Assembly (NCBI GenBank): GCA_963708205.1
Contig: OY970196.1
Coordinates: 2,388,242 to 2,452,241, forward strand
From: an uncultured Chitinophagaceae bacterium
GTDB taxonomy: Bacteria > Bacteroidota > Bacteroidia > Chitinophagales > Chitinophagaceae
Reading direction: 5' to 3'
DNA: 64,000 nt
Both the position numbers and the translations under genes were made by a program. This document shows, piece after piece, positions 39,258-47,752 of the stretch (its first letter is position 1; every line of letters begins with the position of its first letter). The notes under the pieces are model-generated. The model saw only the letters and a program-made list of their open reading frames with translations. It was not told the DNA's origin and made no database searches.

Positions 39258-39641
39258 ATGAAAAAGATTACAAAATGCCTCCTAATTATTGCCATCATGC
39301 TGTTTGCCAGTTACACATCAATGGCACAAACAACAACCGACACGTCAAAAAATAAATCAACAACAATGAAAACTTATTTGATTGAAAGAGACATCCCGGG
39401 TGCAGGTCAATTAACGCCTGAACAACTGAAAGGCATCTCACAAAAATCCTGCAGCGTATTGAAAAACATGGGACCCGGTATTGAATGGATTCAAAGCTAT
39501 GTGACGGATGATAAAATCTTTTGTGTATACAAAGCAACGAGCGAAGATCTGATACGCGAACATGGAAAAGAAGGCGGATTTCCTGTAACGAAAATTACTG
39601 AAGTTGATACGCAAATAAGTCCTGCGACAGCGAAGCAGTAA
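39258..39641 (+). CDS. Secreted DUF4242-like protein
   Basis: Signal peptide MKKITKCLLIIAIMLFASYTSMA, a T-rich linker, then MKTYLIERDIPGAG...IFCVYKATSEDLIREHGKEGGFPVTKITEV. This is visibly paralogous to the regulator N-terminal domain. Confidence 0.7.
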   Translation: MKKITKCLLIIAIMLFASYTSMAQTTTDTSKNKSTTMKTYLIERDIPGAGQLTPEQLKGISQKSCSVLKNMGPGIEWIQSYVTDDKIFCVYKATSEDLIREHGKEGGFPVTKITEVDTQISPATAKQ

Positions 39642-39665
39642 TTGATTTTGGAATGCTTTTATTTG

Positions 39666-39691
39666 AAACCCGTACTGTGCGGGTTTTTTTT
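39666..39691 (+). terminator. Intrinsic terminator after the DUF4242 gene
   Basis: aaacccg-tactgtg-cgggttt followed by a T-run (8 consecutive T in total). Confidence 0.8.
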
Positions 39692-39892
39692 GTAATGTTT
39701 AAGAGATGCTTTGCTTCTCATCTTTTTTCTTTAGTCTGGAGATTAGTTTATAATTAGTTATTAGAAAAATTTCTTTCTTCTTTTTACTATTTTTGCTGCC
39801 CGAAAATTATGTGGCTGTGGAATATTGCTGCGTATTGAGGCGAACGTATAAGAGTTTCCAATTTGCTGCTTTGACACGCAAATTGCCCAATG

Positions 39893-39900
39893 TACGTTTG
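39893..39900 (+). promoter_or_regulatory. Candidate Bacteroidota -7 promoter box for ffh
   Basis: TACGTTTG matches TAnnTTTG and lies 45 nt upstream of the ffh ATG. Confidence 0.3.
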
Positions 39901-39944
39901 ATAGTAGCAATACAGCATGGCTCAAAAATCTTTAAAGAAATAAC

Positions 39945-41267
39945 ATGTTTAATAATCTTACGGAGCGTTTAGAATCTGCCTTTAAAAACATCAAAGGCGA
40001 GGCGCGCATCAATGAACTGAACATCGCGAATACGATAAAAGATATTCGCCGCGCGCTGATCGATGCGGATGTGAATTATAAAATTGCGAAAGAGTTTACC
40101 GATAAAGTAAAAGACAAAGCGACGGGTGAAAAAGTGATCAACGCCATTTCTCCGGGACAGTTGATGGTGAAAATTGTGAAGGATGAACTTGTGGAATTGA
40201 TGGGCGGAAGTGAAGCGGAATTCAACATCACGGGAAATCCTGCGGTGATACTGATCGCGGGTTTGCAGGGTTCGGGTAAAACAACTTTCAGCGGTAAGCT
40301 GGCGAATTATTTAAAAACAAAAAAAGGTAAATCTCCGTTGCTTGTTGCGGCAGATATTTATCGTCCCGCGGCGATTGATCAGCTCGAAGTTTTGGCTTCG
40401 CAAATTGGTGTTGATGTTTATGCAGAAAGAGAAAATAAAGATGCGGTGAGCATTGTGCAGAATGCAATCAAAGAAGCGAAAAGCAAAAATAAAAATGTTG
40501 TCATCATAGATACTGCGGGTCGTTTGGCAATTGATGAAGTGATGATGACGGAAGTGAAGAATGTGAAAGATGCAGTGAAGCCAAATGAAATTTTATTTGT
40601 TGTTGATTCGATGACGGGACAGGATGCTGTGAACACTGCAAAAGCATTTAATGATAAGCTTGATTTCAGCGGCGTTGTTTTAACAAAGCTTGATGGCGAT
40701 ACACGCGGCGGCGCTGCACTTTCCATTAAATACACAGTTGAAAAACCGATCAAATTTGTGAGCAGCGGCGAGAAGATGGATACGCTTGATGTGTTTTATC
40801 CTGAACGTATGGCGCAAAGAATTTTGGGCATGGGCGACATCACTTCGCTGGTTGAAAAAGCGCAGGAACAATTTAATGAAGCTGAGGCAAGAAGACTGGA
40901 AAAAAAGATCCGCAAAAATCAATTTGACTTCCAGGATTTTTTGGATCAGTTGCAGCAAATAAAAAAAATGGGCAACCTGAAAGACCTGATGGGAATGATA
41001 CCGGGAATGGGCAAAGCGATAAAAGATGTTGAAATAAGTGATGATGCATTCAAAGGTGTTGAGTCCATTATTCATTCAATGACGCCGTTTGAAAGAGCAA
41101 ATCCTGACAGCATCAACCCAAGCCGCAAAGCACGGATAGCACAGGGTTGCGGCAAAAAAGCGGAAGATGTAAATGCGCTGATGAAACAGTTTGAACAGAT
41201 GCGCGGCATGATGAAGATGATGAATAAAATGCCGATGGGAAAGCTGATGCCGGGAATGAAACGTTAA
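39945..41267 (+). CDS. ffh: Signal recognition particle protein Ffh
   Basis: GLQGSGKTT, DTAGR and TKLDGDTRGGAAL are the GTPase motifs. Methionine-rich M domain at the C-terminus. Confidence 0.97.
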   Translation: MFNNLTERLESAFKNIKGEARINELNIANTIKDIRRALIDADVNYKIAKEFTDKVKDKATGEKVINAISPGQLMVKIVKDELVELMGGSEAEFNITGNPAVILIAGLQGSGKTTFSGKLANYLKTKKGKSPLLVAADIYRPAAIDQLEVLASQIGVDVYAERENKDAVSIVQNAIKEAKSKNKNVVIIDTAGRLAIDEVMMTEVKNVKDAVKPNEILFVVDSMTGQDAVNTAKAFNDKLDFSGVVLTKLDGDTRGGAALSIKYTVEKPIKFVSSGEKMDTLDVFYPERMAQRILGMGDITSLVEKAQEQFNEAEARRLEKKIRKNQFDFQDFLDQLQQIKKMGNLKDLMGMIPGMGKAIKDVEISDDAFKGVESIIHSMTPFERANPDSINPSRKARIAQGCGKKAEDVNALMKQFEQMRGMMKMMNKMPMGKLMPGMKR

Positions 41268-41297
41268 TTGACAATGGAGAATTGATAATTGAGAATT
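41268..41297. repeat. Second copy of the heptad-repeat element
   Basis: ttgacaa tggagaa ttgataa ttgagaa starts directly after the ffh TAA. It is 24/26 identical to 8610-8635, which starts directly after the MFS gene TAA. Confidence 0.85.
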
Positions 41298-41303
41298 TTA
41301 TAG

Positions 41304-41334
41304 AAACTCTTCAAATTTTTTGAAGAGTTTTTTG
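41304..41334 (+). terminator. Intrinsic terminator after ffh
   Basis: aaactcttca-aattttt-tgaagagttt: a 10-bp perfect stem running into a T-run. Confidence 0.8.
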
Positions 41335-41348
41335 TTTTGATATTTTTA

Positions 41349-41406
41349 TTTTGATACCAACATTTGTATTTCATAGCATCATCGTTGCGTCGCAATCCTT
41401 TCATCT
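41349..41406. repeat. Left inverted repeat flanking the permease gene
   Basis: ttttgataccaac...atcatcgttgcgtcgca...tcatct. It shares perfect 13-, 17- and 6-bp collinear blocks with the reverse complement of 42929-42987. Confidence 0.9.
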
Positions 41407-41482
41407 GCAGAATATAAATTGGACTATAGTTTCAGTTCAAAATTTATTATTTATTCAAATCAAAAATTTTAAAGCAAATATT

Positions 41483-42814
41483 TTATTGGAAGAACGGCCA
41501 TTCTTTTTTTGCTTTCGCTTTAATGAAATAAACAATTGCGCCGAGTAATAAAACTGCAATTCCCCATTTCATCATTTCTTTTGTTGAATAAAATATCAGC
41601 GCCCAGATAATTATTGCAAGCAAAACAGGCAAGGGAAATAAAGGCATTTTCCATTTGAAAAAATTTCTTCCTTTTCTTTTTGATAATAAAAATAAGCCGA
41701 CAGACTGCCCGATAAATTGTGCAATAATACGCATGGCAAGTATCGCAGAAATTGCATCTGCAAGCCTTACATACAAACTCAGGCAAAAAGCAACAGTTCC
41801 TAAAAATAACAAGGAGATATGCGGAATTTTTTTTGTTGGATGTTCTTTTGCAAACACTTTAAAAAATGCGCCATCCTTTGCTGCTGCGTACGGAATGCGG
41901 CTGTAGCCAAGGGTTGCAGAGAATACACTTGCAAAGGCAACCCATAAAATTAATGCGGTTGCGATCAAAGCTGCTGTTGGTCCGGCAATAGTTTTTATAA
42001 AATCGCTGACAACAAATTTGCTTGAGGTAATGGTATTAAAGGGCAACACAGAAGCAACACTGATATTCATGAGTAAATACAAAGCAGCAATGCAGATGAT
42101 AGAAATGATCATGCTGCGGGGAATATTTTTTTGCGGATTAATGATGTCTCCACCAAGATGGCAAACATTATAATAACCAAGATAACTGTAAACAGTTTTC
42201 ACGCTTGCAAAACCAAGTGCTGCTGCAAACGCTGAATTAAAATGCAAGCCATCGTTCATGTTTTTAATTGGTGTTAAAAAGTTGCCGTGAAATATTCCAC
42301 CACCAATTATCCATGCCATTGTAATTAAAACCCCAAGCCAAAGCAGCACACTGATCTTGCCAATCGTTTCAATTTTTCTGTATAATAATATCACGATCAA
42401 AACAACAACACTGCCGCTAACAACTTTTGATGTTACGTTATTCAGCGGTACTAAATAACTGAAGTATTGTGCAAAGCCGATTGCTGCAGAAGCTATTACC
42501 AGCGGGGCTTGCAGCATTGTTTGCCAAACAAATAAAAAACTCATGAGCTTGCCCCAATTTTTTCCAAAGCCTTCTTTTAAAAAATTATAACTGCCGCCGG
42601 CAAGTGGAAATGTTGCGCCAAACTCACTCCATGTCATTGCATCAAGAATAGATAATACAGCACCTGCGATCCAGGCATATAAAAATGCTGGAGAGCCAAT
42701 TGTTTGCGCCACAAAACTTAAAACAACAAATGGCCCGATGCCAACCATATCCGTCATGTTGATGGCTGTGGCCTGTAATAAATTTATTTTTCTTTCGGGT
42801 AAATTTTGTGACAT
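41483..42814 (-). CDS. APC-superfamily amino acid permease
   Basis: ~443 aa with ~12 TM segments. The N-terminal LLQATAINMTDMVGIGPF pattern is typical of APC transporters. I prefer the start at ATG 42814 over the TTG at 42856. Confidence 0.85.
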   Translation of the reverse strand: MSQNLPERKINLLQATAINMTDMVGIGPFVVLSFVAQTIGSPAFLYAWIAGAVLSILDAMTWSEFGATFPLAGGSYNFLKEGFGKNWGKLMSFLFVWQTMLQAPLVIASAAIGFAQYFSYLVPLNNVTSKVVSGSVVVLIVILLYRKIETIGKISVLLWLGVLITMAWIIGGGIFHGNFLTPIKNMNDGLHFNSAFAAALGFASVKTVYSYLGYYNVCHLGGDIINPQKNIPRSMIISIICIAALYLLMNISVASVLPFNTITSSKFVVSDFIKTIAGPTAALIATALILWVAFASVFSATLGYSRIPYAAAKDGAFFKVFAKEHPTKKIPHISLLFLGTVAFCLSLYVRLADAISAILAMRIIAQFIGQSVGLFLLSKRKGRNFFKWKMPLFPLPVLLAIIIWALIFYSTKEMMKWGIAVLLLGAIVYFIKAKAKKEWPFFQ

Positions 42815-42928
42815 GTGAACTACAATAATAGTATTTCTTTGTTGTAAGATGCACAACTTTAATTATGGATATAAATGAAAATCAGGTGAGAATAAATATT
42901 TGAAACGCATGCTTAATAGTAAAGAGAA

Positions 42929-42987
42929 AGATGAACGTAATGCGACGCAACGATGATTAACCGGAGTTGTAAAAGTTGGTATCAAAA
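42929..42987. repeat. Right inverted repeat flanking the permease gene
   Basis: Its reverse complement reads ttttgataccaac...atcatcgttgcgtcgca...tcatct, matching 41349-41406. Confidence 0.9.
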
Positions 42988-43017
42988 AAAAATTTCAACA
43001 ATGTCAACGCGCAATAA

Positions 43018-44289
43018 ATGAGTGAAAATTTTCCGACAGTATCCTGGGCAAATGCATCAAACATCTATGAAGTAAATGTGCGGCAATACAGTATTGACGG
43101 TACTTTCAGCGCTTTTGCAAAACATCTTCGCCGACTGAAAGAAATGGGTGTAGATATTTTATGGTTGATGCCGATAACGCCGATAAGCATAAAAAAAAGG
43201 CAGGGCACACTTGGCAGTTATTATGCATGCAGCAGTTATATAAAAATAAATAGTGAGTTTGGAACGATGGACGATTTTAAAAATTTAGTGAAAGAAACAC
43301 ATGCGCTTGGAATGAAAATAATTATTGATTGGGTTGCCAACCATACTGGTTGCGATCATGAATGGATGGACGAGCATGATGATTTTTTTGCAAAAGATGA
43401 GAACGGAAATTATACTGAAAGAAATGGTTGGCAGGATGTTGTTGATTTAGATCATAGTAATGAAAACATGCGCATTGCAATGATAGATGCGATGAAATTT
43501 TGGATCAATGACTGTGATATAGATGGCTTTCGCTGCGACATGGCACACCTTGTGCCGCTTGACTTCTGGCATGATGCAAGAACGCAATGTGATGCAGTAA
43601 AACCATTGCTCTGGCTTGCAGAATGTGAGGTTGTGGCATATCATGAAGTATTTGATGTTACGTATGCCTGGGAATGGATGCATGTTAGTGAGCTGTTTGA
43701 AAAAAAGCAAAATACCTTGCAGCAAATGAATGATGTGCTGAATAAATATTTGAAGTATCCGCAAGGTGCACAGAAAATATTTTTTACTTCTAATCATGAT
43801 GAGAATAGCTGGAATGGAACAGAATATGAAAAATATGGAAATGCTGCGAAAGCCTTTGCTGTATTGACTTGTACGTTTCCGGGAATGCCTTTGATCTATA
43901 GTGGTCAGGAGTTACCGAATTATAAAAGATTGAATTTTTTTGATAAAGATTTGATTGATTGGAATGATGAACAACCACTGCTTCAAGAGTTTTATAAAAC
44001 GTTGCTGAATGCAAGGAAAAGTTGCAAAGCATTTCAACAAGGAATGGAAATATTTTTTTTGCCGACAAAATATTATGACCAGGTTTTAGTTTATTTATTG
44101 GTTAATGATAGTGACAAAGCGTTAGTGATATTGAACTTTACAGATTGGCAGGATCTGCAGTTTGAAATATCTAACGAACAATTGAATGGAAAGTTTAAAA
44201 ATATTTTTTCAGGAAATGAATATTCTTTTGAAGACCCTATGCCCGTTGAGTTGCAGGCTTTTGAGTTTGCAGTCTATATAAAGCAATAA
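43018..44289 (+). CDS. GH13 alpha-amylase family glycoside hydrolase (cytoplasmic; no signal peptide seen)
   Basis: DWVANHTG (region I), DGFRCDMAH (region II, nucleophile Asp) and FTSNHDEN (region IV). Confidence 0.88.
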   Translation: MSENFPTVSWANASNIYEVNVRQYSIDGTFSAFAKHLRRLKEMGVDILWLMPITPISIKKRQGTLGSYYACSSYIKINSEFGTMDDFKNLVKETHALGMKIIIDWVANHTGCDHEWMDEHDDFFAKDENGNYTERNGWQDVVDLDHSNENMRIAMIDAMKFWINDCDIDGFRCDMAHLVPLDFWHDARTQCDAVKPLLWLAECEVVAYHEVFDVTYAWEWMHVSELFEKKQNTLQQMNDVLNKYLKYPQGAQKIFFTSNHDENSWNGTEYEKYGNAAKAFAVLTCTFPGMPLIYSGQELPNYKRLNFFDKDLIDWNDEQPLLQEFYKTLLNARKSCKAFQQGMEIFFLPTKYYDQVLVYLLVNDSDKALVILNFTDWQDLQFEISNEQLNGKFKNIFSGNEYSFEDPMPVELQAFEFAVYIKQ

Positions 44290-44299
44290 AAATGTCAGC

Positions 44300-44785
44300 A
44301 TGAAAAATATGAATGTAATAATTGCTTCAAAAATTGGTTTTGGAAAAACTTTTGTTGCAACCTTGATTGCTTTTGCATTGCTTGAAATTATTTTTCTAGT
44401 AATAGAAACAAGAGTTGATTTTGCAAATGGTGTGATATTTTTTCTTAATACCCAGTTGAATTACCAGTTTGGTATTATGCTGATAATTATTTTTTTACTG
44501 ACGGGTATTTTTGGCGGTGTTGCAGGAAAAGAAATTATGATAAGAAGGAAAAATTATGTAGGAGTTGCAATAAAATATAGCCTTGCGATCATTTTCATCG
44601 TGCTTTTGTACATTATAATAATGATAATGATTGGTGATCCAAATTTATCTGCGGAAAGCGTTCAGGCAATTGTTGCGCAAACGTTTTCCAAAACCAGTTT
44701 TGATATTATTATTCCTATAATTATTGTTTGGTTGATCGCTTGCTGGCAAATAAAATTGTTGTCAGAAAAGCTACGACTCTCTTAA
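44300..44785 (+). CDS. Hypothetical integral membrane protein (161 aa)
   Basis: Four hydrophobic segments. No recognised family. Confidence 0.5.
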   Translation: MKNMNVIIASKIGFGKTFVATLIAFALLEIIFLVIETRVDFANGVIFFLNTQLNYQFGIMLIIIFLLTGIFGGVAGKEIMIRRKNYVGVAIKYSLAIIFIVLLYIIIMIMIGDPNLSAESVQAIVAQTFSKTSFDIIIPIIIVWLIACWQIKLLSEKLRLS

Positions 44786-44788
44786 AGA

Positions 44789-45643
44789 TTATTTAATTTT
44801 TCCCATGTTTCCTTTCGTAAAATCTTTGCGGGCCCGAATTAGATATGTAATAGATTTTAACGGTTTTCTTCCATAAAACAAACACTCTTTTATTTGTCGC
44901 AACACATCTTTTTTAATTCTTGTAATACAATCTAAATTATGTTTTCGAAATTTATTTTCTAGATACAGCACATTGCGCAGTTTGTAATAGCAACGAAGTG
45001 GCGAGTAAATCTCTTTGTGTTTTTTTATGAGAAAAAAACTTTTTATTGATGCGCGATAAACCTTTTCACCCATCTCATGCTTTAAAAAAATATTAGTGAA
45101 TTGAATATTCTGATAGCCGGAAATAATTGTGCGAATGCAGTAATCATGATCAATGGAATCAATAAAAAGATTTTCATCAAAGGGTCCGATTTTTTTATAC
45201 AATGCAAGATTTAATAAAGTTCCTGAAGTAATAAGATCATCAGAAGCCATGCTGGCGCAGCTTTTTGGGCTCTTTTCATTTATAAAATGTTTTATTCCAA
45301 ACTGTGCTGTATTATTTTTTTGGGGTAACGAATTGAAACAATCAAAGTAACTTTTTATATTTTCTTCTGTAAATTTAGAATCCTGATCCATCGTTAAAAG
45401 CCAGTCAAAGTTATTCTCAATTGCTATTTCGCAAGCTGTGTTTAATCGTTTTGCAATGCCTTCATTTTTGCCATCATGAAAATATTCAGCCTTTAAAAGC
45501 TTATTAAAAACTGATTGGAGACTTACTTTTTTTTCCGTGTTATCAAATACAAAAATTTTTTCTACATAATTATAATAGGAAGCAATATTCAAAGAAATAT
45601 TTTCATTAGGATTATATAAAATAACTACAGCAGCTATCTTCAT
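44789..45643 (-). CDS. Glycosyltransferase family 2 (rhamnosyltransferase-like)
   Basis: N-terminal VVILYNP, a DNT motif and TMDQDS (DxD-like). Confidence 0.75.
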   Translation of the reverse strand: MKIAAVVILYNPNENISLNIASYYNYVEKIFVFDNTEKKVSLQSVFNKLLKAEYFHDGKNEGIAKRLNTACEIAIENNFDWLLTMDQDSKFTEENIKSYFDCFNSLPQKNNTAQFGIKHFINEKSPKSCASMASDDLITSGTLLNLALYKKIGPFDENLFIDSIDHDYCIRTIISGYQNIQFTNIFLKHEMGEKVYRASIKSFFLIKKHKEIYSPLRCYYKLRNVLYLENKFRKHNLDCITRIKKDVLRQIKECLFYGRKPLKSITYLIRARKDFTKGNMGKIK

Positions 45644-45698
45644 AAGATTAAAAATAATACCTTGTTATCGTAATTAATTTATTATTTATTGTGTAAAA

Positions 45699-46562
45699 TT
45701 GGCAGCTAAAATAAATACAGAAAAAAAGTTTTCTATTATAATTCCTACATGGAATAATCTTGACTTGCTGCAATTGTGCATTGACAGTATACGTAAAAAT
45801 TCAACATTTCTCCATCAAATTATTGTGCACGTAAATGAAGGCACCGATGGTACTATTGCATGGGTAAAAAATGAAAAAGATATAAGCTTTTCTTTCAGTG
45901 AAAAAAATATCGGTGTTTGTTTCGCTTTGAATGAATGCCGAAAACTTGTTGAGACAGATTATATCTTATACATTAATGACGATATGTATGTTTGTCCGAA
46001 GTGGGATGAAGTTTTATTTAATGAAATACAAAAGATCGGGCATAATAAATTTTTTCTTTCATCAACTGCAATCGAACCTAAAGCCCAAAGTATTTGCTCT
46101 ATTGAAAAAGATTTTGGAACAAGTATTAAGAATTTTAATGAAGAACAGTTACTCAATCAATTTTCAGGGTTAAAAAAAGCTGATTGGCAAGGAGCAACCT
46201 GGCCGCCAAACATTGTTCATAAAGATATTTGGGACGCTGTAGGCGGCTACAGCATTGAGTTTTCGCCGGGTATGTATTCTGATCCGGATTTTTCTATGAA
46301 GCTTTGGAAGTATGGTGTGAGGTATTTTAAAGGACTTTGCACAAGCCGTGTTTATCATTTCGGCTCTGCATCTGTAAAGCGAATAAAAAAAAATAATGGA
46401 TATTATATGTTCATATCAAAATGGAAAATGACATCAAGCACTTTCACAAAATATTTTTTGCAAAGAGGACAAATATTTCATGGCGAATTGAAAGAACCTC
46501 AGCTTCCTTTCTTTATTGAAATAAAAAATTTCTGGAAAAGATTTATGGCCGTTTTTCATTAA
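45699..46562 (+). CDS. Glycosyltransferase family 2
   Basis: FSIIIPTWNNLDLLQLCIDSI and YINDDMYV (DxD-like). TTG start, with no in-frame ATG near the conserved N-terminus. Confidence 0.75.
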   Translation: MAAKINTEKKFSIIIPTWNNLDLLQLCIDSIRKNSTFLHQIIVHVNEGTDGTIAWVKNEKDISFSFSEKNIGVCFALNECRKLVETDYILYINDDMYVCPKWDEVLFNEIQKIGHNKFFLSSTAIEPKAQSICSIEKDFGTSIKNFNEEQLLNQFSGLKKADWQGATWPPNIVHKDIWDAVGGYSIEFSPGMYSDPDFSMKLWKYGVRYFKGLCTSRVYHFGSASVKRIKKNNGYYMFISKWKMTSSTFTKYFLQRGQIFHGELKEPQLPFFIEIKNFWKRFMAVFH

Positions 46563-46587
46563 AATATCAATCAATTAAACACTTTGC

Positions 46588-47751
46588 ATGTTTCGATTTG
46601 TATCGGTTTGGTTAAGAAAAAAGCAATTAAAAAAAAGAAAAATAAAGTTATTAGAGCAATTTGAAGCATGGAAGTTGGATCAAAAAACATTACCAGAATA
46701 TCAGCTAAATAATAAAAAGTTATTGATCATCCGGCTTGATGATATTGGCGATTATTTATTGTTTAGAAACACCCTTCCATTTTATAAAACAGGGCAATGG
46801 CAAGAATATGAAATAACGCTTTTGGGAAATTTTTTTTGGAAAAATTTGTTTGATTCATTTGATAGGAATACTGTTGACGAAATAATTTGGATAGATAAAA
46901 AACAGTACGAAGAGAATAAAATTTACAGGATTGATGTTTGGAAAAATTTAAGAGAACAGGGATTTGAAGTTGTTATTTGCCCCTCAAGAACACGACCAAT
47001 TTTGCTTGATGATTTATGCACGCTCGCAAGTGGAGCTAAAAACAAATTCGCCTCTGAAAATAATTTAGCATATGATGATATAAATAAATCATCAGACAGA
47101 ATTTATAATCATTTATATCAGCAAAAAAATTATTACACGAACGAATTTATCTTCAATATTGAATTTGCAAATTGGTGTTGTCAAACAAATAATTTAATAA
47201 CTCGTCCACAAATTCTTTCTCAATTTAAAAGCACTCATCACAAAAAATATATTGTTTGCTTTATTGGCGCTTCTGCGCAAAGTAAACGTTGGCCTGAAAA
47301 AAACTGGATGCAACTGATACAAATGCTAAGTGCAAATAATGACTATGAAATTTTTATTACTGGTGGAAAAAATGAAATAATTGCCGCATCAAAAATTGAA
47401 AAGCAAACAAAGACGAAAAATGTTGCGAACCAATTATCGCTTTTAGAAATGAGTGAGCTTGTCGCTTTTAGCACCGCGGTTATTACGAATGATTCAATGG
47501 CTTTGCATCTTGGTGTTTCATTTAACAAGCCAACAATTGTAATAGCAAATGGTGATAATGCTTACCGCTTTACTGAATATGAAAAAGCCGGCTTTTCAAA
47601 TATAAAAGCACTTTATCCGCAAAGGTTTTTGAAAGAATTTATAAAAAAAGGTAATCAAGTTTTTGCAGATTATATTGCTGTAACAGCAGATATCGCCACG
47701 ATTAATCCCTCTCAAGTTTTTAATGCTTTGCAAGAGGTTATAGAAAAATAA
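46588..47751 (+). CDS. Glycosyltransferase family 9 (heptosyltransferase-like)
   Basis: LIIRLDDIGDYLLFRNTLP, KRWPEKNW and ITNDSMALHLGVSFNKPTIVI are GT9 patterns. Confidence 0.8.
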   Translation: MFRFVSVWLRKKQLKKRKIKLLEQFEAWKLDQKTLPEYQLNNKKLLIIRLDDIGDYLLFRNTLPFYKTGQWQEYEITLLGNFFWKNLFDSFDRNTVDEIIWIDKKQYEENKIYRIDVWKNLREQGFEVVICPSRTRPILLDDLCTLASGAKNKFASENNLAYDDINKSSDRIYNHLYQQKNYYTNEFIFNIEFANWCCQTNNLITRPQILSQFKSTHHKKYIVCFIGASAQSKRWPEKNWMQLIQMLSANNDYEIFITGGKNEIIAASKIEKQTKTKNVANQLSLLEMSELVAFSTAVITNDSMALHLGVSFNKPTIVIANGDNAYRFTEYEKAGFSNIKALYPQRFLKEFIKKGNQVFADYIAVTADIATINPSQVFNALQEVIEK

Positions 47752-47752
47752 A

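Noticed and set aside
40418-41075. Antisense ORFs of 111 and 131 aa inside ffh. Similar antisense or out-of-frame ORFs occur inside gcvP, pgi, the RND pump, the phosphorylase gene and others.
   Set aside because: All lie within strongly supported conserved genes, have odd low-complexity composition and show no recognisable motifs. They are typical shadow ORFs.
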